This document shows, one piece after another, positions 1-10,220 of a stretch of DNA of 64,000 nt (position 1 is the stretch's first letter; each line of letters begins with the position of its first letter). The stretch spans positions 3,410,001 through 3,474,000 of the forward strand of contig OZ059897.1 of the NCBI GenBank assembly GCA_964057225.1, written 5' to 3'. Made by a program: the position numbers and the translations under genes. A model generated the notes under the pieces. It saw nothing but the letters and a program-made list of their open reading frames with translations. It had not been told where the DNA came from and did no database searches. The stretch comes from Auanema rhodensis (taxonomy: Eukaryota; Animalia; Nematoda).

Positions 1-2764
1 AGCTAGCTTGAAAATGTACCGAGATATCAACTGATATATGTTCACACTTATATCCTCGATTTTCACCCTGAAGAATTTATTTTTTCGTTGAATAACATTG
101 TCCATCGTCTTCGCCTTGAAAGAAGGAATCTAAAAACATCTACTTTTTGTGAAATTGTTTAGAAATTTTTCGGGAAAATTTTTGTCAAAATGTTTTTGGA
201 AGCAATGTTGAGTGTACATGGGAACTCAGCATACACTAATGCATTATTTTTCAAACGATAATAACTAATTTTTGTATAGAGCGTTTCTTAATGTAGTAAA
301 GTGCATTCGATGCGGATTTTTAAGAGATATCAACTGATATATGTTCACACTTATATCCTCGATTTTCACCCTGAAGAAATGATTTTTTCGATGAAAAAAC
401 ATTGTCCATCGTCTTTGCCTTGAAAAAAGGAATCTAAAAACATCTACTTTTTGTGAAATTATTCAGAAATTTTTCGGGAAAATTTTTGTCAAAATGTTTT
501 TGGAAGCAATGTTGAGTGTACATGGGAACTCAACATACACTAATGCATTATTTTTCAAACGATCATAACTTATTTTTGTATAGAGCGTTTCTCAATGTAG
601 CAAAGTGCATTCGATGCGGATTTTTAAGCTGCGTCGATCTGTGTTATCCGATTTGAGCTAGCTTGAAAATGTACCGAGATATCAACTGATATATGTTCAC
701 ACTTATATCCTCGATTTTCACCCTGAAGAATTTATTTTTTCGTTGAATAACATTGTCCATCGTCTTCTCCTTGAAAGAAGGAATCTAAAAACATCTACTT
801 TTTGTGAAATTATTTAGAAATTTTTCGGGAAAATTTTTGTCAAAATGTTTTTGGAAGCAATGTTGAGTGTACATGGGAACTCAGCATACACTAATGCATT
901 ATTTTTCAAACGATAATAACTAATTTTTGTATAGAGCGTTCCTTAATGTAGTAAAGTGCATTCGATGCGGATTTTTAAGTTGCGTTGATCTTTGTTATCA
1001 GATTTGAGTTAGCTTAAAAATGCACCGAGATATCAACTGATATATGTTCACACTTATATCCTCGATTTTCACCCTGAAGAAATGATTTTTTCGTTGAAAA
1101 AACATTGTCCATCGTCTTTGCCTTGAAAAAAGGAATCTAAAAACATCTACTTTTTGTGAAATTATTTAGAAATTTTTCGGGAAAATTTTTGTCAAAATGT
1201 TTTTGGAAGCAATGTTGAGTGTACATGGGAACTCAACATACACTAATGCATTATTTTTCAAACGATCATAACTTATTTTTGTATAGAGCGTTTCTCAATG
1301 TAGTATAGTGCATTCGATGCGGATTTTTAAGCTGCGTCGATCTGTGTTATCAGATTTGCTCTAGCTTAAAAAAGCACCGAGATATCAACTGATATAAGTT
1401 CACACTTATATCCTCGATTTTCACCCTGAAGAATTATTTTTTTCGTTGAATAACATTGTCCATCGTCTTCGCCTTGAAAGAAGGAATCTAAAAACATCTA
1501 CTTTTTGTGAAATTATTTAGAAATTTTTCGGGAAAATTTTTGTCAAAATGTTTTTGGAAGCAATGTTGAGTGTACATGGGAACTCAACATACACTAATGC
1601 ATTATTTTTCAAACGATCATAACTTATTTTTGTATAGAGCGTTTCTCAATGTAGTATAGTGCATTCGATGCGGATTTTTCAGCTGCGTCGATCTGTGTTA
1701 TCCGATTTGAGCTAGCTTGAAAATGTACCGAGATATCAACTGATATATGTTCACACTTATATCCTCGATTTTCACCCTGAAGAATTTATTTTTTCGTTGA
1801 ATAACATTGTCCATCGTCTTCGCCTTGAAAGAAGGAATCTAAAAACATCTACTTTTTGTGAAATTATTTAGAAATTTTTCGGAAAAATTTTTGTCAAAAT
1901 GTTTTTGGAAGCAATGTTGAGTGTACATGGGAACTCAGCATACACTAATGCATTATTTTTCAAACGATAATAACTAATTTTTGTATAGAGCGTTTCTTAA
2001 TGTAGTAAAGTGCATTCGATGCGGATTTTTAAGAGATATCAACTGATATATGTTCACACTTATATCCTCGATTTTCACCCTGAAGAAATGATTTTTTCGA
2101 TGAAAAAACATTGTCCATCGTCTTTGCCTTGAAAAAAGGAATCTAAAAACATCTACTTTTTGTGAAATTATTCAGAAATTTTTCGGGAAAATTTTTGTCA
2201 AAATGTTTTTGGAAGCAATGTTGAGTGTACATGGGAACTCAACATACACTAATGCATTATTTTTCAAACGATCATAACTTATTTTTGTATAGAGCGTTTC
2301 TCAATGTAGCAAAGTGCATTCGATGCGGATTTTTAAGCTGCGTCGATCTGTGTTATCCGATTTGAGCTAGCTTGAAAATGTACCGAGATATCAACTGATA
2401 TATGTTCACACTTATATCCTCGATTTTCACCCTGAAGAATTTATTTTTTCGTTGAATAACATTGTCCATCGTCTTCTCCTTGAAAGAAGGAATCTAAAAA
2501 CATCTACTTTTTGTGAAATTATTTAGAAATTTTTCGGGAAAATTTTTGTCAAAATGTTTTTGGAAGCAATGTTGAGTGTACATGGGAACTCAGCATACAC
2601 TAATGCATTATTTTTCAAACGATAATAACTAATTTTTGTATAGAGCGTTCCTTAATGTAGTAAAGTGCATTCGATGCGGATTTTTAAGTTGCGTTGATCT
2701 TTGTTATCAGATTTGAGTTAGCTTAAAAATGCACCGAGATATCAACTGATATATGTTCACACTT
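1..2764 (+). repeat. Local 5-monomer duplication, lag 1709 bp (partial second copy)
   Basis: Deletion junctions at 324 and 2033. The private variants CGATGAAAAAA, GTAGCAAAG and GCGTTCCTTAA recur at +1709 (5x351-48+2). Confidence 0.8.
22..324 (+). repeat. Short 303-bp monomer variant with a 48-bp deletion (first of about 25 copies)
   Basis: The junction GGATTTTTAAG|AGATATCAAC replaces GGATTTTTAAG-[CTGCGTCGATCTGTGTTATCAGATTTGAGTTAGCTTAAAAATGCACCG]-AGATATCAAC. AGATATC occurs at 22 and 325, 303 bp apart. Confidence 0.95.
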
Positions 2765-2790
2765 GTATCCTCGATTTTCACCCTGAAGAA

Positions 2791-3141
2791 ATGATTTTTT
2801 CGTTGAAAAACATTGTCCATCGTCTTCGTCATGAAAAAAGGAATCTAAAAACATCTACTTTTTGTGAAATTATTCAGAAATTTTTCGGGAAAATTTTTGT
2901 CAAAATGTTTTTGGAAGCAATGTTGAGTGTACATGGGAACTCAACATACACTAATGCATTATTTTTCAAACGATCATAACTTATTTTTGTATAGAGCGTT
3001 TCTCAATGTAGTATAGTGCATTCGATGCGGATTTTTAAGCTGCGTCGATCTGTGTTATCAGATTTGAGTTAGCTTAAAAATGCACCGAGATATCAACTGA
3101 TATAAGTTCACACTTATATCCTCGATTTTCACCCTGAAGAA
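2791..3141 (+). repeat. Representative full-length 351-bp monomer (arbitrary phase)
   Basis: Runs ATGATTTTTTCGTTGAAAAACATTG...CACCCTGAAGAA, and the next copy starts at 3142. The 352-bp copies have one extra base in the GAAAAA(A)C or GAAGAAAC tract. About 113 of 351 bases are G or C. Confidence 0.97.
2920..2947. other. 9-bp inverted repeat within the monomer (example copy)
   Basis: ATGTTGAGT-GTACATGGGA-ACTCAACAT forms perfect arms around a 10-nt spacer. The common variant has ACTCAGCAT. Confidence 0.9.
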
Positions 3142-6100
3142 ATGATTTTTTCGTTGAAAAACATTGTCCATCGTCTTCGTCATGAAAAAAGGAATCTAAA
3201 AACATATACTTTTTGTGAAATTATTCAGAAAATTTTCGGGAAAATTTTTGTCAAAATGTTTTTGGAAGCAATGTTGAGTGTACATGGGAACTCAACATAC
3301 ACTAATGCATTATTTTTCAAACGATCATAACTAATTTTTGTAAATAGCGTTTCTCAAGGTAGTATAGTGCATTCGATGCGGATTTTTAAGCTGCGTCGAT
3401 CTGTGTTATCAGATTTGAGCTAGCTTAAAAATGCACCGAGATATCAACTGATATATGTTCACACTTATATCCTTGATTTTCACCCTGAAGAAATGATTTT
3501 TTGGTTGAAAAACATTGTCCATCGTCTTCGTCTTGAAAAAAGGAATCTAAAAACATCTACTTTTTGTGAAATTATTTAGAAATTTTTCGGGAAAATTTTT
3601 GTCAAAATGTTTTTGGAAGCAATGTTGAGTGTACATGGGAACTCAACATACACTAATGCATTATTTTTCAAACGATCATAACTAATTTTTGTATAAAGCG
3701 TTTCTTAATGTAGTATAGTGCATTCGATGCGGATTTTTAAGCTGCGTCGATCTGTGTTATCAGATTTGAGTTAGCTTAAAAATGCACCGAGATATCAACA
3801 GATATATGTTCACACTTATATCCTCGATTTTCACCCTGAAGAAATGATTTTTTCGTTGAAGAAACATTGTCCATCGTCTTTGCCTTGAAAAAAGGAATCT
3901 AAAAACATCTACTTTTTGTGAAATTATTTAGAAATTTTTCGGGAAAATTTTTGTCAAAATGTTTTTGGAAGCAATGTTGAGTGTACATGGGAACTCAACA
4001 TACACTAATGCATTATTTTTCAAACGATCATAATTAATTTTTGTATAAAGCGTTTCTTAATGTAGTATAGTGCATTCGATGCGGATTTTTAAGCTGCGTC
4101 GATCTGTGTTATCAGATTTGAGTTAGCTTAAAAATGCACCGAGATATCAACAGATATATGTTCACACTTATATCCTCGATTTTCACCCTGAAGAAATGAT
4201 TTTTTCGTTGAAGAAACATTGTCCATCGTCTTCGCCTTGAAAAAAGGAATCTAAAAACATCTACTTTTTGTGAAATTATTTAGAAATTTTTCGGGAAAAT
4301 TTTTGTCAAAATGTTTTTGGAAGCAATGTTGAGTGTACATGGGAACTCAGCATACACTAATGCATTATTTTTCAAACGATAATAACTAATTTTTGTATAG
4401 AGCGTTTCTTAATGTAGTAAAGTGCATTCGATGCGGATTTTTAAGTGGCGTCGATCTGTGTTATCCGATTTGAGCTTGCTTAAAAATGCACCGAGATATC
4501 AACTGATATATGTTCACACTTATATCCTCGATTTTCACCCTGAAGAAATGATTTTTTCGTTGAAAAACATTGTCCATCGTCTTCGTCTTGAAAAAAGGAA
4601 TCTAAAAACATCTACTTTTTGTGAAATTATTTAGAAATTTTTCAGGAAAATTTTTGTCAAAATGTTTTTGGAAGCAATGTTGAGTGTACATGGGAACTCA
4701 ACATACACTAATGCATTATTTTTCAAACGATCATAACTTATTTTTGTATAGAGCGTTTCTCAATGTAGTATGGTGCATTCGATGCGGATTTTTAAGCTGC
4801 GTCGATCTGTGTTATCCGATTTGAGCTTGCTTAAAAATGCACCGAGATATCAACTGATATATGTTCACACTTATATCCTCGATTTTCACCCTGAAGAAAT
4901 GATTTTTTGGTTGAAAAACATTGTCCATCGTCTTCGTCTTGAAAAAAGGAATCTAAAAACATCTACTTTTTGTGAAATTATTTAGAAATTTTTCAGGAAA
5001 ATTTTTGTCAAAATGTTTTTGGAAGCAATGTTGAGTGTACATGGGAACTCAACATACACTAATGCATTATTTTTCAAACGATCATAACTTATTTTTGTAT
5101 AGAGCGTTTCTCAATGTAGTATGGTGCATTCGATGCGGATTTTTAAGCTGCGTCGATCTGTGTTATCCGATTTGAGCTAGCTTAAAAATGTACCGAGATA
5201 TCAACTGATATATGTTCACACTTATATCCTCGATTTTCACCCTGAAGAAATGATTTTTTGGTTGAAAAACATTGTCCATCGTCTTTGTCTTGAAAAAAGG
5301 AATCTAAAAACATCTACTTTTTGTGAAATTATTTAGAAATTTTTCAGGAAAATTTTTGTCAAAATGTTTTTGGAAGCAATGTTGAGTGTACATGGGAACT
5401 CAGCATACACTAATGCATTATTTTTCAAACGATCATAACTAATTTTTGTATAAAGCGTTTCTTAATGTAGTATAGTGCATTCGATGCGGATTTTTAAGCT
5501 GCGTCGATCTGTGTTATCAGATTTGAGTTAGCTTAAAAATGCACCGAGATATCAACTGATATATGTTCACACTTATATCCTCGATTTTCACCCTGAAGAA
5601 ATGATTTTTTCGTTGAAAAAACATTGTCCATCGTCTTTGCCTTGAAAAAAGGAATCTAAAAACATCTACTTTTTGTGAAATTATTTAGAAATTTTTCGGG
5701 AAAATTTTTGTCAAAATGTTTTTGGAAGCAATGTTGAGTGTACATGGGAACTCAACATACACTAATGCATTATTTTTCAAACGATCATAACTTATTTTTG
5801 TATAGAGCGTTTCTCAATGTAGTATAGTGCATTCGATGCGGATTTTTAAGCTGCGTCGATCTGTGTTATCAGATTTGCTCTAGCTTAAAAAAGCACCGAG
5901 ATATCAACTGATATAAGTTCACACTTATATCCTCGATTTTCACCCTGAAGAATTATTTTTTTCGTTGAATAACATTGTCCATCGTCTTCGCCTTGAAAGA
6001 AGGAATCTAAAAACATCTACTTTTTGTGAAATTATTTAGAAATTTTTCGGGAAAATTTTTGTCAAAATGTTTTTGGAAGCAATGTTGAGTGTACATGGGA

Positions 6101-6180
6101 ACTCAGCATACACTAATGCATTATTTTTCAAACGATAATAACTAATTTTTGTATAGAGCGTTTCTTAATGTAGTAAAGTG

Positions 6181-9100
6181 CATTCGATGCGGATTTTTAA
6201 GAGATATCAACTGATATATGTTCACACTTATATCCTCGATTTTCACCCTGAAGAAATGATTTTTTCGTTGAAGAAACATTGTCCATCGTCTTTGCCTTGA
6301 AAAAAGGAATCTAAAAACATCTACTTTTTGTGAAATTATTTAGAAATTTTTCGGGAAAATTTTTGTCAAAATGTTTTTGGAAGCAATGTTGAGTGTACAT
6401 GGGAACTCAACATACACTAATGCATTATTTTTCAAACGATCATAACTTATTTTTGTATAGAGCGTTTCTCAATGTAGTATAGTGCATTCGATGCGGATTT
6501 TTAAGCTGCGTCGATCTGTGTTATCCGATTTGAGCTAGCTTGAAAATGTACCGAGATATCAACTGATATATGTTCACACTTATATCCTCGATTTTTCGAT
6601 TTTCACCCTGAAGAATTTATTTTTTCGATGAATAACATTGTCCATCGTCTTCGCCTTGAAAGAAGGAATCTAAAAACATCTACTTTTTGTGAAATTATTT
6701 AGAAATTTTTCGGGAAAATTTTTGTCAAAATGTTTTTGGAAGCAATGTTGAGTGTACATGGGAACTCAGCATACACTAATGCATTATTTTTCAAACGATA
6801 ATAACTAATTTTTGTATAGAGCGTTTCTTAATGTAGTAAAGTGCATTCGATGCGGATTTTTAAGAGATATCAACTGATATATGTTCACACTTATATCCTC
6901 GATTTTCACCCTGAAGAAATGATTTTTTCGATGAAAAAACATTGTCCATCGTCTTTGCCTTGAAAAAAGGAATCTAAAAACATCTACTTTTTGTGAAATT
7001 ATTCAGAAATTTTTCGGGAAAATTTTTGTCAAAATGTTTTTGGAAGCAATGTTGAGTGTACATGGGAACTCAACATACACTAATGCATTATTTTTCAAAC
7101 GATCATAACTTATTTTTGTATAGAGCGTTTCTCAATGTAGCAAAGTGCATTCGATGCGGTTTTTTAAGCTGCGTCGATCTGTGTTATCCGATTTGAGCTA
7201 GCTTGAAAATGTACCGAGATATCAACTGATATATGTTCACACTTATATCCTCGATTTTCACCCTGAAGAATTTATTTTTTCGTTGAATAACATTGTCCAT
7301 CGTCTTCTCCTTGAAAGAAGGAATCTAAAAACATCTACTTTTTGTGAAATTATTTAGAAATTTTTCGGGAAAATTTTTGTCAAAATGTTTTTGGAAGCAA
7401 TGTTGAGTGTACATGGGAACTCAGCATACACTAATGCATTATTTTTCAAACGATAATAACTAATTTTTGTATAGAGCGTTCCTTAATGTAGTAAAGTGCA
7501 TTCGATGCGGATTTTTAAGTTGCGTTGATCTTTGTTATCAGATTTGAGTTAGCTTAAAAATGCACCGAGATATCAACTGATATATGTTCACACTTGTATC
7601 CTCGATTTTCACCCTGAAGAAATGATTTTTTTGTTGAAAAACATTGTCCATCGTCTTCGTCATGAAAAAAGGAATCTAAAAACATCTACTTTTTGTGAAA
7701 TTATTCAGAAAATTTTCGGGAAAATTTTTGTCAAAATGTTTTTGGAAGCAATGTTGAGTGTACATGGGAACTCAACATACACTAATGCATTATTTTTCAA
7801 ACGATCATAACTTATTTTTGTATAGAGCGTTTCTCAATGTAGTATAGTGCATTCGATGCGGATTTTTAAGCTGCGTCGATCTGTGTTATCCGATTTGAGC
7901 TAGCTTGAAAATGTACCGAGATATCAACTGATATATGTTCACACTTATATCCTCGATTTTCACCCTGAAGAATTTATTTTTTCGTTGAATAACATTGTCC
8001 ATCGTCTTCGCCTTGAAAGAAGGAATCTAAAAACATCTACTTTTTGTGAAATTATTTAGAAATTTTTCGGGAAAATTTTTGTCAAAATGTTTTTGGAAGC
8101 AATGTTGAGTGTACATGGGAACTCAGCATACACTAATGCATTATTTTTCAAACGATAATAACTAATTTTTGTATAGAGCGTTTCTTAATGTAGTAAAGTG
8201 CATTCGATGCGGATTTTCAAGAGATATCAACTGATATATGTTCACACTTATATCCTCGATTTTCACCCTGAAGAAATGATTTTTTCGTTGAAGAAACATT
8301 GTCCATCGTCTTTGCCTTGAAAAAAGGAATCTAAAAACATCTACTTTTTGTGAAATTATTTAGAAATTTTTCGGGAAAATTTTTGTCAAAATGTTTTTGG
8401 AAGCAATGTTGAGTGTACATGGGAACTCAACATACACTAATGCATTATTTTTCAAACGATCATAACTTATTTTTGTATAGAGCGTTTCTCAATGTAGTAT
8501 AGTGCATTCGATGCGGATTTTTAAGCTGCGTCGATCTGTGTTATCCGATTTGAGCTAGCTTGAAAATGTACCGAGATATCAACTGATATATGTTCACACT
8601 TATATCCTCGATTTTTCGATTTTCACCCTGAAGAATTTATTTTTTCGATGAATAACATTGTCCATCGTCTTCGCCTTGAAAGAAGGAATCTAAAAACATC
8701 TACTTTTTGTGAAATTATTTAGAAATTTTTCGGGAAAATTTTTGTCAAAATGTTTTTGGAAGCAATGTTGAGTGTACATGGGAACTCAGCATACACTAAT
8801 GCATTATTTTTCAAACGATAATAACTAATTTTTGTATAGAGCGTTTCTTAATGTAGTAAAGTGCATTCGATGCGGATTTTTAAGAGATATCAACTGATAT
8901 ATGTTCACACTTATATCCTCGATTTTCACCCTGAAGAAATGATTTTTTCGATGAAAAAACATTGTCCATCGTCTTTGCCTTGAAAAAAGGAATCTAAAAA
9001 CATCTACTTTTTGTGAAATTATTCAGAAATTTTTCGGGAAAATTTTTGTCAAAATGTTTTTGGAAGCAATGTTGAGTGTACATGGGAACTCAACATACAC

Positions 9101-10220
9101 TAATGCATTATTTTTCAAACGATCATAACTTATTTTTGTATAGAGCGTTTCTCAATGTAGCAAAGTGCATTCGATGCGGTTTTTTAAGCTGCGTCGATCT
9201 GTGTTATCCGATTTGAGCTAGCTTGAAAATGTACCGAGATATCAACTGATATATGTTCACACTTATATCCTCGATTTTCACCCTGAAGAATTTATTTTTT
9301 CGTTGAATAACATTGTCCATCGTCTTCTCCTTGAAAGAAGGAATCTAAAAACATCTACTTTTTGTGAAATTATTTAGAAATTTTTCGGGAAAATTTTTGT
9401 CAAAATGTTTTTGGAAGCAATGTTGAGTGTACATGGGAACTCAGCATACACTAATGCATTATTTTTCAAACGATAATAACTAATTTTTGTATAGAGCGTT
9501 CCTTAATGTAGTAAAGTGCATTCGATGCGGATTTTTAAGTTGCGTTGATCTTTGTTATCAGATTTGAGTTAGCTTAAAAATGCACCGAGATATCAACTGA
9601 TATATGTTCACACTTGTATCCTCGATTTTCACCCTGAAGAAATGATTTTTTTGTTGAAAAACATTGTCCATCGTCTTCGTCATGAAAAAAGGAATCTAAA
9701 AACATCTACTTTTTGTGAAATTATTCAGAAAATTTTCGGGAAAATTTTTGTCAAAATGTTTTTGGAAGCAATGTTGAGTGTACATGGGAACTCAACATAC
9801 ACTAATGCATTATTTTTCAAACGATCATAACTTATTTTTGTATAGAGCGTTTCTCAATGTAGTATAGTGCATTCGATGCGGATTTTTAAGCTGCGTCGAT
9901 CTGTGTTATCCGATTTGAGCTAGCTTGAAAATGTACCGAGATATCAACTGATATATGTTCACACTTATATCCTCGATTTTCACCCTGAAGAATTTATTTT
10001 TTCGTTGAATAACATTGTCCATCGTCTTCGCCTTGAAAGAAGGAATCTAAAAACATCTACTTTTTGTGAAATTATTTAGAAATTTTTCGGGAAAATTTTT
10101 GTCAAAATGTTTTTGGAAGCAATGTTGAGTGTACATGGGAACTCAGCATACACTAATGCATTATTTTTCAAACGATAATAACTAATTTTTGTATAGAGCG
10201 TTTCTTAATGTAGTAAAGTG
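6181..10220 (+). repeat. Tandem 6-monomer higher-order duplication, unit 2020 bp
   Basis: Deletion junctions 6201/8221 and 6864/8884, the 8-bp duplication at about 6590/8610, and ORF starts 7622/9642 are all offset by 2020 (6x351-96+8+2). Confidence 0.9.

Noticed and set aside
2798-2814. CENP-B box-like motif TTTCGTTGAAAAACATT
   Set aside because: It resembles the 5' part of CTTCGTTGGAAACGGGA but lacks the essential CGGG, and the site is variable among monomers.
2791-3141. Tandem 5S rRNA, tRNA, snRNA or spliced-leader gene array
   Set aside because: I recognised no 5S, tRNA cloverleaf or Pol III A/B/C box sequence. An Rfam/Infernal search would be the formal test.
2791-3141. Monomer as a diverged dimer of about 175-bp subunits
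   Set aside because: No convincing alignment between the two halves is visible by eye. A self dot plot would be needed.
4422-4985. 70-71 aa plus-strand ORFs
   Set aside because: They arise from single SNPs (AGCTTGCT) that remove a stop in two adjacent monomers, and the 4422 frame begins at GTG. These are chance frames.
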